Assembly: GCF_022045235.1 (NCBI RefSeq)
Contig: NW_027266297.1
Location: 60,016,001 to 60,080,000 of the forward strand
Origin: Haliotis cracherodii
Taxonomy: Eukaryota
Direction of reading: 5' to 3'
DNA length: 64,000 nucleotides
Shown: piece by piece, positions 38,730 through 52,185 of the stretch
How the letters are laid out: every line of letters begins with the position of its first letter
How positions within the stretch are numbered: position 1 is the first letter of the stretch
Translations under genes and position numbers: made by a program
Notes under the pieces: model-generated
What the model saw: the letters and a program-made list of their open reading frames with translations, nothing else
Told to the model about the DNA's origin: nothing
The model's database searches: none

Positions 38730-38956
38730 CGGCTGTGACGTCATTGGCTTGTAGTCACGAACGAGGATTCGTGTATTTCATCGCTTCTATAAACGGGACC
38801 CTTTTTGAGGCGTATCCTTGCGCCAGTAAGTCCGCCTATCAGCGAGGCCTGTGCAGGTCATGTGACAGCGGGTGTGCATACATGGGTTACTACGCCGATG
38901 AAACTAGTCCCAGAGGTACATTCTATCTGTCAACGGGATCCGATTGGATACAATAT
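38730..38956 (+). CDS. Lipase exon 6 (catalytic His)
   Basis: AVTSLACSHERGFVYFIASIN...YPC...CRSCDSGCAYMGYYA...FYLST. Donor TAT|GTAAGT. Confidence 0.93.
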
Positions 38957-39109
38957 GTAAGTAGGCATGGAAACATGTTGCACAGGAGTCAGATTCTTTA
39001 GGCATGTAGACTTCGGATCAGGATTCGTAGTTCGAACCCAAGTTAAATGTTCACCTCCACCACCTACGCATATTATTAGTCATGACTTCTTTAGTTGCAG
39101 TACACGGTT

Positions 39110-40349
39110 TCTTATTATGCTCCAAAGATTGACCAATCAGAGAGCAGAACCAAAAACCCCACATGAGCCCGTATACCATCAGTAAAAATCCAAGATGGTT
39201 GTTACTGACCTGATATGAGACAGTATACCGTCAGTAACAGCCATCTTGGATTTTCCAACACTCACTTCACATATTTCACATTAAATTCTGGTACAGAAAT
39301 ACGTTATTTGACACTGTTTTGTGTTTTAATATTATTCATTGTGATGCGCAAAAACATTTATGTTTAAATAAACCACGTTCTTGACTTTTTAAATAGAAAA
39401 TATGGAGAAAAAGCTTACAACGGAGGTCACTGAGTTACAAACAAGAAAAACGTGACGCAATTACGTTACCATGCTATAAAATAGATTGCTGAGCAGCTCG
39501 TCGATAGGGGAAAGCGGACTGCTATCAAGTTACAGTTGCCCGCAGATTTCTGTTAACATGCGGGCGTTTTTATGAAATTCTATCCATTTTAGCTGTAATA
39601 CTTGTTTAAACATTCACATTTAGTGCATTATATATTCCATTGTTAACGTTTATGTTTACATTGAAGCGTTGTATCGGAAACATATGTACTGGTCCTGTTG
39701 TACTGGTTGTACGTTTTGTCATGACATGTGCGATAAAGAAACAAACTAGTGTAAACTTTTCGGCATAATAAATTCGCTGTGGTGTCTTTAGTGGCTGTAT
39801 GCGGTGTCATATTAGGTTAGCAGAAGAATATTGGGCGAGGTATGAGCTAACCTAATATGACACCGTATACAGCAACACTATACAAAACCATAACGAATTT
39901 ATCATGCCGAAAAGTTGACACTGTCTTGTATCCATTTCGCATTTGGCATGCCAATATGAAAACTTGACACTTCCAACCGTTGACGTTAGGGCTCAAAGGG
40001 AGACTACTCTTCAAACCTTAGAGGCCAAACCTGTTGACAATTTTAACTATATCCTTCATCAATAAAGTCACGAACATGATCTAAAAATAGGAATTAAGTC
40101 CTTGCACATCACAATTAAAGACTTACGAACACAAAACAGTGTCGAATAACGACTTTCTGTACCAGAATTTTCATGTGAAATGTGTGAAGTGAGTGATGGA
40201 AAATCCAAGATGGCTATTACTGACGGTATACGGTCTCATGTTAGGTCAGCAACAACCATCTTGGATGTTTACTGACGGTATACGGGCTCATGTGGGGTTT
40301 ATAGTTCTGCTCTCTGATTGGTCAATCTCACTTTGAGGCATTATAAGGA
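39110..40349. mobile_element. Foldback / long-TIR non-autonomous element with a central palindrome
   Basis: 39110-39390 is the reverse complement of 40060-40349. There is an inner inverted pair at 39748-39821 and 39845-39921. Confidence 0.8.
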
Positions 40350-40435
40350 TATATATAGGAGTCGTCTTCACAATGTACGTACAATTCTTAAATGGTTTCT
40401 CTCAAAGAAACAGAGCGACAAACCACTTTCAATTA

Positions 40436-40610
40436 CAGTAAAGTACGGTTATAACGAACTCAAAGGGACTACTAACTTTAGTTCGTTATAACCGTAGTTC
40501 GGTATAAGCATATATACAGCATAACTAAAGCAAATAGTCGGGACCAAAACGTAAGTTCGTTATATCCGCCAGTTCGTTATAAGCGTGTTCGTTATAACCG
40601 TAGTTTACTG
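40436..40610. mobile_element. Pogo/Tigger-like MITE
   Basis: TIR CAGTAAASTACGGTTATAACGAAC, TA flank, second copy at 63010. Confidence 0.88.
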
Positions 40611-40941
40611 TGTCATAACCTATCTCTACCAAAAGCTGAGTCCATTAAACAATTATTATAAGCATGCGTTTATTGATCAGTGTCATTTCGTGATGAGCGT
40701 ATCCTGCCCCACCAGTGGCACCTGGCACAAACACATGCAGAGGCAAACATCTGAGCAAACAAGGAAACAGGGGAAGGTTCGCCTGATTATGTCCACAAGT
40801 GTGTCAGCACCACAACTGATGACGTTAAAGATATATCTCCTGAATCTATGTCAATAGGCTCGACACAGTTACCTCCCTTACACCGTTTCTTTTACTACAC
40901 CATAAGGGACTTTTTCACCTTCCGAACCCTTTTTGTTGCAG

Positions 40942-40983
40942 CCCCAGGACACCTCGATGGGAGTCCTTGCAGCCATCAATTGA
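40942..40983 (+). CDS. Lipase exon 7 (terminal)
   Basis: TTTTGTTGCAG|PQDTSMGVLAAIN*. Phase 0 matches exon 6. AATAAA at 41031-41036. Confidence 0.65.
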   Translation, partial: PQDTSMGVLAAIN

Positions 40984-41268
40984 TGTCCCCGATATTCCTT
41001 CATTCTTTCCTGTGTATTTAGAATTTCCAGAATAAAGTTGATATTGTCCAGAAAATGGGACTTTCACATATTCCATTTTTTCTCTGACGGAGCTGGGAGG
41101 CCACAGGCCAAAATACTGTCACGTTCACAAGATATGAGCAGTTGGTGTTTCAGAGCAGTCCAAAGGAGTAATTTACAATTTTTTATGACATTGTTTATAC
41201 AGATGCTTGTGTGTGTGTGTGTGTTCACAATACGTGCGTATTTAAAGGAATTCATCTTCTTTGTTTTC

Positions 41269-41437
41269 GGGCGGTTGGGTAGCCTGGTGGTTAAAGTGTT
41301 CGCTCGTCACGCCGAAGACCCTGGTTCGATTCCCGACATGGGTACAATGTGTGAAGCCCATTACTGGTGTCCCCCGCCGTGATATTGCTGGAATATTGCT
41401 AAAAGTGGAGTAAAACCTCATTCACTCACTCACTCAC
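41269..41437 (+). mobile_element. SINE family A
   Basis: TSD TCTTTGTTTTC. Confidence 0.9.
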
Positions 41438-41664
41438 TCTTTGTTTTCAGTCGCTATATGGCTGAAATAATGCCACTGTGACGTTTAAGTTTGACTTTTT
41501 TCTCACATACGATTTATTTGCAAGAGTACAAAACGGTACAGGCATAAAACGTTTGATTAATTACTTTTCACATTATAACGTGAGTTTGTTATATTCAGCA
41601 AGGGAATACACCCATTAGACGAGACTCCTTATTTTAATTCATTTGCTGATTCCCCGACCCTTAA

Positions 41665-43147
41665 GGTTCTACTACACCAAATCAGAACCAGTTGGGACAG
41701 TGCGGTTTTCGTAGCCTTCAGTGCAAATCGAGAAATACCTGCATGCTGTGATTGGAGGATATTCTGTAAGATTTTATGTCGTTTAAATGTACATCCATCC
41801 AGTTATTAAAACTGACCATGTTTTTTCTATATTTAGTACTGTCTTTTTCAACATGATGACTTCTGCTGAATGTGATCACAGCCATTTTCAAGTAGGTGAC
41901 ATTTAGTGCGAAACTGGGGGCGGTGTGTTTAGCTTCCTGTACTCGGAAAAGGAGCTGGCTAAGCTGGTCATTTTTTATGATTTTATTGCTGCTCTAAGGC
42001 CAAACTGTGCACACACGTACACGTACAGGTAATAGCTGTTGAATGTTTAGTTATTTTAAAAAATACTACTATAGAAGTCAATGGGAAAACGTTTGGTTGT
42101 GTGTAACTTGTAGTAATGAAAACTGAAAAATATCAGGCTGGGTGTGTTGATGGTGGGTCATCGTACCATGACGGAATTGATCGTTGCTCATAATATCAAT
42201 CACTGGATTGTCCAGACACGTCATATGGCTGGAATATTGTCGAGTGCAGGGGTAAACATGAAACAAAACAAGATACTAGTAAACAAACCGTATGTTGTCG
42301 AAGATCAGAATCTAGATTGGGAGTGGTGTCATTCAAGGTGCTGTTACGTTGGACAGAAAATACCAAATACCTAGAACGTTGTTATTTAAGGAGTGACAAC
42401 ATTCCATTGTTTATTCTTAAAATGTATTTGTTTTATACAATTAAATCTTGTCACTACTCAAATAACAACCCAAATGTCTTTGAATTGGTTATATCAATGG
42501 AATATCTGACACCCCGTTCCCACACAACATTAATCAATGACCATTGTTATTAATAGAGCAAATATTGGTAATAAGTAAATATAAACTTCTCAACGGAGAA
42601 ACACCACACGCTAAAGATGTTTAACAAGGGACACAACTTCGTATGGCTTAACGTGTCAGTATGGGTGCCAAGCAGGTCTCGTGGTCCAAGGGCGCCTTCA
42701 AGATTACACAAAACCGAATGTTTTCTCATAGACTTCTATAGTAACGTTATATATTTTTTTTGAAAAATTAAGCATTCAACAGCTATTACCTGTACGTGTG
42801 TGCACAGTTTGGCCTTAGAGCAGCAATAAAAACAAACAAAATGACCACTTAGGCCAGTACTTTTTCCGAGTACTGGAAGCTAAACACACACACACACACA
42901 CACACAGTTTCGCTTCAAATGTCACCTACTTGAAAATAGCTGTGGTCACATTAAGCATCAGTCATCATATTTAAAAAGACATAATTAAATATAGAAAAAC
43001 ATGGTCAGTTTTAATAACTGGATGAATGTACATTTAAAAGACATAAACATCGTACACAATATCATTCTATCACTGCCTGCAGATACCTCTCGATCTGCGC
43101 TGAAGGCCACACTTTCCTAACTGGTTCTGATTTAGTGTGGTAGACTC
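41665..43147. mobile_element. Non-autonomous DNA transposon with ~450-bp TIRs (Kolobok-like), containing a SINE C fragment
   Basis: 41665-42115 is the reverse complement of 42695-43147. Left flank is TTAA|GG, right flank is TTCA. Confidence 0.75.
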
Positions 43148-43639
43148 TTCAAACCAGAGACCATATATGGTCTCTGCTTCAACCAACGAATCACTCTTAA
43201 CTGCTAAAATATGCGCCAGAGAGCAGATACAGGCTTCTGATCTAGGGGACATAACTCGGATGGCACTATTTGCTATCTGTGACTAAAACTCTCTCACGCT
43301 GTCTGCCACTTCTCTCGGGTAAGCGCCTCATGCAATTTCCGAGAAATGAGAGACAGTAGGCTGGCGCTTCTCAGAAATGCTTGGTGTAATGACTGTGTAT
43401 CTTTCCGAGAAATGCTCGACATTATGTCAACGCTTCTGAGAAATTCATGGTCTGATGACTGTATTGTTGTCAAAGATAGAATGGGGTCACATACCTCGGG
43501 AGTCATGCACTAGGAGGGTATATGCTCTGGTGGCTTCTATAAACCTGAGTCAAGACAAAACAATTAGTTCCCCGGGTGAAATGATAGATTTATAAACATG
43601 ATGCTTTTTGGGACAGCAGGCAAACACGTTGTTGTTTGA

Positions 43640-44660
43640 CGGACAACCAATGCCAGACAGAAACCATTGCTAGACAGCAACCAATAGTAGACAACACCCA
43701 AAGCTAGACAGCAACCAATACAAGATAGCAACCAACGCTAGACAGCAACCAATATTCGACAACAACCAATGCTAGACAGCAACCAATACTAGACAGCAAC
43801 CAATGCTAGACAGCAACCAATACTAGACAGCAAGCAATGATGGACAGCAACCACTAGACAGCAACCAATACAAGATTGCAACCAATACTAGACAGCAACC
43901 AATGCTAGACAGCAACAAATACTAGATAGCAACCAATGATGGACAGCAAATAATACTAGACAGCAACCAATACAAGATTGCAACCAATGCTAGACAGCAA
44001 CCAATACAAGACAGCAACCAATACTAGACAGCAACCAATACTAGACAGCAACCAATACAAGATTGCAACCAATGGTGGACAGAAACCAATACTAGACAGC
44101 AACCAATGGTGGACAGCAACCAATGCAAGACAGCAACCAATGGTGGACAGCAACCAATACTAGACAGCAACCAATACAAGATTGCAACCAATGGTGGACA
44201 GCAACCAATACAAGACAGCAACCAATGCTAGACAGCAACCAATGGTGGACAGCAACCAATACTAGACAGCAACCAATGATGGACAGTAAACCAATACTAG
44301 ACAGCAACCAATGATGGACAGCAACCAATACTAGACAGCAACCAATGGTGGACAGCAACCAATGCAAGACAGCAACCAATGGTGGACAGCAACCAATACA
44401 AGACAACAACCAATACACGACAGCAACCAATACACGACAGCAACCAATACAAGATTGCAACCAATGCAAGACAGCAACCAATTCAAGACAGCAACCAATA
44501 CAAGACAGCAACCAATGGTGGACAGCAACCAATACAAGACAGCGACCAAAGATGTACAACCAAATTGAATCATGGACAGCAATCAATGACTGAAAGCAAC
44601 CAAGGCCAGACAACCAACTCTACTGACAGCAATCAGTGCTAGACAGCAACCAATACAAGA
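43640..44660. repeat. ~17-18-bp minisatellite
   Basis: Unit AGACAGCAACCAATACT and variants. Confidence 0.95.
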
Positions 44661-45079
44661 GACCATGAGACAACAGCACATCTGCTTTTTGCAAAAGTAA
44701 AAATGTAGTATACCATCGCACGTTTAACTATCAGCTTCTCCATGGACCTAAATATACATGATTTTGTTCAAGGATCTTTATATCAGCTGATATTACTAAA
44801 CAATGCTAAAAGCGGAGTAAAACCCACTCACTCATTTGGGTCAAGTCCAAAAATAGTTCAAAATTAAATAGTCAAACTTTCCTGGTTGTTATGTATATCC
44901 AATGGAAGGTATTTATACACATACAGGATGAAAAAAACAACAAATTACATTGTTATTTCACTTCGGAATTCTCGAAGGAGGTCATGACGTCAGGCGATGC
45001 TTTGATATGATCTTTATCTAATCAAGACTACGCGTGTCACGATCATTTTGACCAGAGGCAACATGTGACCAGTTGTCTC

Positions 45080-45685
45080 AGGCAGAGTTGCGTCCCTAGG
45101 TCATGTCCGGATCCCATGACCCAGTGGTCTTATCCAAGATTCGCTCTAATTATTATCCTTGGTTTGTCATCACCATACCCGTGCTCGTGTTTTTTACGAA
45201 TACGATAAACGTCTAAGGCCCGAAAGCGTGTGAAAGCGCTCCCCCACTCATTCAAGCGGCATTAAATCAACTCACTCACAGACTAGTACAAGCAGCCACA
45301 CACACACATACACGTGCATGCACGTCGCTATATAAGTGCAATAATCTTGGACGCGACGTTAAACCCAATTTCACCTCACCTCACCTCACTCACAGTGTGC
45401 ACAGGCGGTCCCCAAGCCAAACCTACGAATGGACTAGTTGGAACTCTTTTGGCACGGGTGGCCCAGTCGTATAAAGCGCCGCGATTCGCTGTGCAGAGTT
45501 GCGTCCCTTGGGCGCACCAGAAACCTATGATTGTGTGTTCGAATCCCGGTTCGCCCTGATTATGTTTCTAGGTTTGTCAGTACCATACCCGTGACATTAC
45601 ATCGGGCTTTCCTCCCACATTAAGCTGACACGCCACGATATAACCGTAATACCGTTAAAAGCGTTAATACCGTTAACTCACTCAC
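45080..45685 (+). mobile_element. SINE cluster: degraded B, 3' part of D, internally deleted B (45451-45685)
   Basis: Homology to other copies in the window. Confidence 0.8.
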
Positions 45686-46389
45686 TTATCAATCTTAGAT
45701 ATATTAACCAACTGACTCACTTCCTCCAAGAGGATTAAAGCGTCTAGCTGATGGCAGATTGCTGTCGAGGAAAACCATATTTTTCCTTTTCTATTACACG
45801 TGTACAGTGTGTCTATTGTATTGCTCGGGTTCCCGTTCAGGGTATCCAGTTTCCCCGAGAAAACCTGTTTCGGTGAAATCCCCATTCGATACAAGTAGGT
45901 CACAAGATACTCCATGTCAACCTGCCCTTCGCTCATTGCCCCCGCCCCGACTGGCCTTCTTCCTGGTTCTGGTGTAAGCTTTTTGTGCCGAGGTTTTGGA
46001 TAGGTTACTAACATTACTTAACAGTCAGTTATTGAACGTTTATTTAATGTTAGGCCCCTGGATGTTTAAACCAAACAATGAAAGTTAACGCCCCATAGGC
46101 TCCACATACAGGGAATAAACGATAGCGTTTTATCAAAAATAAAGTTATTTGGTGGAATACGAGTTAACAATGAAATGACATTATGACTCAGAACTATTTT
46201 TTTCAATTATCTAAAAATGAGAAAAACCTTTAGGTTTAAAAAGAAATGTGTTCACTAGAATGTATATAACAAACATGTTCTGCTTATTCCTTCGCACAAA
46301 ACAAATGTATGTGTTGAAGTAGAGACCGAAATGTATCCGGTATCTCACAAAATACAATAACACTGACAATTACCAACACAATAAACTCA

Positions 46390-46425
<36 letters not shown>

Positions 46426-46896
46426 CACGTACATTGGGGATGCAGGCTTCACAATGTTGTGAAAGTTGCTAAAATAGACATGACGGCCATTGTCGGAACA
46501 GGGAAATTGATACTATCATGTGTATTTGAAGTAATCCTTCTCTACAAGTGTACATACACATTTGATATCATTTGCAGCTCCTTCTTGTGGTGAGACTGAT
46601 GTGCCCCAACTCACCGGAGAGGACAGGATCAGGTGTCTTTCGAACGTGTGAGTAACCCCATCTCAACAGATTCGACAATACACCTTAACGCCGCAATTTT
46701 CAAGCAATATGATGGCAGTCTGCAACTATTCGATTCTGCACCAGAATATCCATTGATCGCTATGTGAGCAACGGCCCACCTTATCGGGGTACGAGGACAC
46801 GCAATCAACCGAGTCACCGAGTCCAGCCCATTCTCGGAATCCCCATGCGATTGCCTACACTAAGCTAAACGTGCGTGCATATCTGTATATCATGTA

Positions 46897-47632
46897 TACT
46901 CTTCAAAAAATGAAACTTGACACCGACTTTCAAAATGTAATATAGTGCGATTGTTTCAAAATAGGACACAGAAACCATAATTGAAACACTGTTTGAAGAT
47001 CAATGTACACAATGCTCAAAACATTAATCGTGTCACATAGACAGACACACGTACACGATACAGTTAATGTCACAGGGGTCAGTATCGGTTGTGCCCACCA
47101 CGTGCATCAATCACCGCTTGACACCGACGACCCATAGATGCAATCAAGTTGTCAATAACACGCTGTAGGATGTGCTGCCATTCATGCTGAAGTGCATCCA
47201 GAAGCCCCGGAAGTGTTTGGGCGGTGGATTCCTTCTGCGAACGCGTCGATCCAACTCGTCCAACAGATGCTCAATCGGGGACAAATCTGGTGACCGGGCT
47301 GGTCAAGGTAATGTCTGGATGCTGTTGTGCTGTAAGCAGTCCTGACAAACACGTGCAATATGCGGTCCAGCGTTGTCCTGCTGGAACTGTCCGCCTTGCA
47401 TGCTTAAATGCAGGATCCTGTTCTGCACGTTTTTTTATAGGCGGTTGCGTTTGGATGAAGCTGTAAAATTGATCCCCAAACTCTACGTGTATGTGCCTTG
47501 CATGTGTTTTCGCGAATTATAGACACATCATCTTTCTGTTTGACTTATTTGGTTCTCATTTAATGTAATTATTTTAGATATTTGGCAAAAAGTGGTTTTA
47601 CATCTATGTCAAGTTTCTTTTTTTGAAGAGTA
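46897..47632 (-). mobile_element. Internally deleted Tc1 element of a second family
   Basis: TIR TACTCTTCAAAAAA..GAAACTTGACA with TA flanks. Retains FQQDNAGPH...RSPDLSPIEHL...RRCQAVIDARGGHNRY*. Confidence 0.9.
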
Positions 47633-47704
47633 TATATATATAATGTTTACGATCGTATAGGTGAGCATTCTATTTCTTGCAGGCCGTGTACCCAGTTTCA
47701 AACG

Positions 47705-47761
47705 ATGATGACTGTACAACCCTCATACTCAGTGGTCACGTTGATTGTCATCCTGCTACAC
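47705..47761 (+). CDS. EGF-TM receptor 1, probable signal-peptide exon (runs into the gap)
   Basis: Acceptor TTTCTTGCAG at 47682. MMTVQPSYSVVTLIVILLH... Confidence 0.55.
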
Positions 47762-48279
47762 NNNNNNNNNNNNNNNNNNNNNNNNNNNNNNNNNNNNNNN
47801 NNNNNNNNNNNNNNNNNNNNNNNNNNNNNNNNNNNNNNNNNNNNNNNNNNNNNNNNNNNNNNNNNNNNNNNNNNNNNNNNNNNNNNNNNNNNNNNNNNNN
47901 NNNNNNNNNNNNNNNNNNNNNNNNNNNNNNNNNNNNNNNNNNNNNNNNNNNNNNNNNNNNNNNNNNNNNNNNNNNNNNNNNNNNNNNNNNNNNNNNNNNN
48001 NNNNNNNNNNNNNNNNNNNNNNNNNNNNNNNNNNNNNNNNNNNNNNNNNNNNNNNNNNNNNNNNNNNNNNNNNNNNNNNNNNNNNNNNNNNNNNNNNNNN
48101 NNNNNNNNNNNNNNNNNNNNNNNNNNNNNNNNNNNNNNNNNNNNNNNNNNNNNNNNNNNNNNNNNNNNNNNNNNNNNNNNNNNNNNNNNNNNNNNNNNNN
48201 NNNNNNNNNNNNNNNNNNNNNNNNNNNNNNNNNNNNNNNNNNNNNNNNNNNNNNNNNNNNNNNNNNNNNNNNNNNNNNN
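47762..48279. other. Assembly gap
   Basis: Run of N. Confidence 1.
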
Positions 48280-48701
48280 CCCCACACACACCGCTAAGCA
48301 CCACCATCACCCTCTCCCCCTTATCTAGTTAGATACTTGTACCCCTACTATTGATCAAGGTCACAACGTACACCAGATATATATATAACTGTCACTGAAA
48401 CCAAGTCGTGACAAAGGGTTTCACTATGGAAGTGCGATGGTTTAGATCTCGATTAGGCTTCAATACATCATTAAGTGTTTAGACAGGCGTAGCTCTCTAT
48501 TCACGAGGAGTTTTATACATCCTGTATTTGCCTGTACTAGGAATAAACACTTCTCCTTTAAGACTTATTTGCACTGTCCGTTTCACGTGCATTATCTTCC
48601 TTTTCCGTTAATTCAACGTTGTAATGTCGTGAATTTAATATAAGTGTTCCCATTGTTTCTGTTTGAGTTCAAATCAAGATGTATGCATATTTTCCGTTTA
48701 G

Positions 48702-49283
48702 CGCAGAATGACCCGTCTTCTCCGGGTGGTACTTGCAAAGAAGGATGTAAACAAGGTTTCTATGGCGACGGGTGCAACCGGTCTTGTCGAAACCAATGTA
48801 TAAGTAGTAGGTGTCACGTGTCCCGGGACACCGGAAGCGCCGTTTGCGACACTGGGTGCATTCCGGGATTTCGAGGACGTTATTGTGAGAGAAAATGTCC
48901 CAGACGATGCGCAGAGTGCACCAACACCATGTGTCCCAAATGTACTAGTGACTCGTGGTACGGGGCAAACTGTAGTAAGTACTGTAGCCATTGTAATGGC
49001 GAGTCCTGCTTTAAGAACGGAAACTGCAAACGAGGCTGCACCGGAGGGAACGTTGGACCAGGATGCAACACTACGCCTACCTGCAGTTTCCGGTGTTCTG
49101 AATGCGAAGGAAGCTCGGATACGTGTTCGACGTGCAAACCTGGTTACTATGGCAACAGCTGTGTCAGCAACTGCAGTTCTAACTGTATCGGGTCTGTCTG
49201 CCACTTTTCAAACGGGACATGTGCGCAAGGGTGTATTTCTGGATGGGTCGGACATGATTGTACGGTGCAGCTGCTGGTTGATG
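48702..49283 (+). CDS. EGF-TM receptor 1 (MEGF10/CED-1/SCARF-like), EGF-repeat exon
   Basis: Repeated C..GC..G(F/Y/W).G..C...C motifs. Phase 1/1, donor G|GTGAGT. Confidence 0.9.
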
Positions 49284-49410
49284 GTGAGTGGTCAATAGCA
49301 GCGGTTACCGTCACTCCTCATCCGTTTATTGTTAGAATGTTTGTTTGTTTTTTTGATTGATTGTTGTTTAACGCCGCACAGGTTGGTGGACACCGGGTCT
49401 TGCATCCAGA

Positions 49411-49544
49411 GGGGCGGTCGGGTAGCCTAGTGGTTAAAGCGTTCGCTCGTCACGTGGGTACAATGCGTGAAGCCCATTTCTAGTGTCCCCCGCCGTGATA
49501 TTGCTGGAATATTGCTGAAAGCGGCGTAAAACCCTACTCACTCA
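49411..49544 (+). mobile_element. SINE family A with the B box deleted
   Basis: TSD CTTGCATCCAGA. Confidence 0.88.
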
Positions 49545-49669
49545 CTTGCATCCAGATTCGTACCAGCCGCTGTTACAGTGCGTGCAGGACCCGGTTGGTT
49601 TACAAAGGTAACAGTGTGGCCCACAGGCTGATCAAAGCACGGTTCCTGTGGGAAAACGTCAAGTCCTAA

Positions 49670-49870
49670 GCGTTTGTTTGTTTATTTGTTTCTTAAAGCC
49701 GCACTCAGCAATATTACATCTATATGACGGCGGTCTATAAATAATCGTGTTTGAACAAGACAATACTGTGATTGACATCATGAGCATCGATCCACGTAAC
49801 TGGGATACGATGACATGCATCAACCAAGGTGGCGAGCCTGACCACCCGACCCCCTTAATCGCCTCTTACG
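49670..49870 (-). mobile_element. SINE family C, 5'-truncated
   Basis: Homology to the 8537 copy. Confidence 0.85.
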
Positions 49871-50066
49871 TAAAATGAGTTTTCTGTATTTCACTACTGG
49901 GGACTGCGTAAATTCCTACAAATGTCCGCTTTAGGATTTGAATACAATTCTTGCAGATAAAATGGATAGAATTATCATAATTCTGCCATATTGGCCCTAG
50001 AGAATATGCTAAAAAAGGAATCCAACTCAAGTCTGGAAAGATTTGGCAATCTGTCGAAGGGGTGTA

Positions 50067-50132
50067 TGAGGTGAGATAAAATGGGGTTTAACGTCGAGTC
50101 CAAGGTTATTGCACTTACATAGCGACGAGCAT

Positions 50133-50200
<68 letters not shown>

Positions 50201-50457
50201 CTGCTTGTACTAGTCCGAACTGATGCCGAATTTATAGTGCTAGCCCACTGAGATACCATGCCGCAGTTCAACATGAATATACCCACTCAGACACAGTGTA
50301 CTGACTCCGAGCCGACCAGTCCTTGTTTTACTCCCTTAATGCCGAGCGCCAGGCAGGGTAACACTAAGTACCATCTTTTGGTATGACGAGACCGGGATCG
50401 AACCCCTTACCTTCCACTCTCCGGGTGGACGCTCTAGCACTAGACCATGGAGGCAGT
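50067..50457 (-). mobile_element. SINE family D with an expanded internal (CA)n
   Basis: Reverse complement of the 27615 copy. TSD-like GAAGGGGTG. Confidence 0.88.
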
Positions 50458-50964
50458 CTGAAGGGGTGCGTGAAGCCAAAGTTAATTTGAATACAAACGT
50501 ACACAAACATGGCGTCTGACTGCATGGCACGACGCGACAAGCGTGACCGAGGGGGCTGATGCAATATTAGTCTATTAGGTCCAGTGCGTATATTTAGAAG
50601 AAAACAACAGCGATTTATAGTAAATGAGAAAACACTAGACATATTGCAGATGGAAGGTAAATCAAACACTACGACCAGATGCATCGTGTACACAGGTTGC
50701 TGCCTGTTACTCCGACTTTACCTACAGGTTCCAATATCAATCACTGCAATACCAATTACAATGTAAATGTCGAGCAAAATCCGAAATTGACGTTCGAATT
50801 GACACGGAATTGTCTCCCCTGATCAAATCGAAGGCCAAGGTCGAATGACGTTTTGAGATATATAGACGTAATCCATCGTTGCTGAATGTTTCCAGGCTAG
50901 TGTTTCACTAGTGTTTTGTGTGTGGACTGCTTACAATAAGGTGTCCAGCGCTCTCGAGGGGCAT

Positions 50965-51685
50965 ATGGTGTGGATGTGGGTGTGGGTGTGGATGTGGATG
51001 TGGATGTAGGTGTGGGTATGGATGTGGGTGTTGGTTTGGGTATGGGTGTGGGTGTGGATGTGAGTGGGTGTGGGTATGGGTGTGGTGTAATGTGGGTGTG
51101 GATGTGAGTGTGGGTGTGGATGTGGATGTTAGTGGATGTGGGTGTGGGTGTGGGTGTGGATGTGAGTGGGTGTGGGTGTGGATGTGGATGTGAGTGGGTG
51201 TGGATAGGGGTGTGGATGTGGTTGTGTATGTGGGTGTGGGTGTGGATGTGGATGTGAGTGGGTGTGGATAGGGGTGTGGGTGTGAGTGGATGTGGGTGTG
51301 GATGTGGGTGTGGATGTGGATGTGAGTGGGTGTGGATAGGGGTGTGGGTGTGGATGTGGGTTTGGGTGTGGTTGTGTATGTGGGTGTGGGTGAGGGTGTG
51401 GGTGTAGGTGTGGGTGTGAGTGTGGGTGTGGATGTGAGTGGATGTGGGTGTGGATGTGAGTGGGTGTGGATAGGGGTGTGGTTGTGGGTTTGGGTGTGGT
51501 TGTGGATGTGGGTGTGGGTGGATGTTGGTGTGAGTGTGGATGTGGATGTGGATGTGGATGTGGGTGTGGATAGGGGTGTGGGTGTGGGTTTGGGTGTGGT
51601 TGTGGGTGTGGGTGTGGGTGTGGATGTTGGTGTGAGTGTGGGTGTGGATGTGGATGTGGATGTGGGTGTGGGTGTGGGTGTCGGT
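50965..51685. repeat. (GTGGGT/GTGGAT)n hexamer repeat
   Basis: Directly visible. Confidence 0.95.
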
Positions 51686-51802
51686 GTAATACACCATATG
51701 CCCCGAGGGTGATAAAGCAGTACGATTTCGCATTGTTGCGCAACACAACTCTCACAATAAAAGCAGAATTCTGTCGATCATTCAGCCTTGTTATAATTGC
51801 AG

Positions 51803-51956
51803 ACACACATACAGCTGAACCAGAGCATGGCGAGACGATACATGACGGTGTCTACGGCACAGAGGAGGGCGAGGGTGACAAGACGTTTTACATGCTAATC
51901 ATCTTCGGATCGCTCACCGTATTCATGCTCGTCGTGTCCTGTATTGTTGGTGTCAG
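51803..51956 (+). CDS. EGF-TM receptor 1, transmembrane exon
   Basis: ...TFYMLIIFGSLTVFMLVVSCIVGV. Acceptor TTGCAG, phase 1/2. Confidence 0.8.
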
Positions 51957-52005
51957 GTGATTGTAATGCTCATTGTTTAGTATTGTACTTTGAGCGACGG
52001 TTTAA

Positions 52006-52185
52006 AGGGGGACTCTACTCGGCCTAATTGGCAGACCAAGCAACATTAATTCAAGTTCCTCAAACACAATTTCTGAAGGGTCTCCTAGGTCAAATTTTAT
52101 GATAGCATATCTCAATATTTACGGATTTACACAGGTCTTAGTTTCACACAGTTATTAAATAAAACACACTAAGCATAGTCCCCCT
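52006..52185. mobile_element. Kolobok-like MITE
   Basis: TTAA|AGGGGGACT...AGTCCCCCT|TTAA. Confidence 0.75.

Noticed and set aside
50897-51806. His/Pro-rich and Gly/Val-rich ORFs
   Set aside because: Hexamer microsatellite in an intron.
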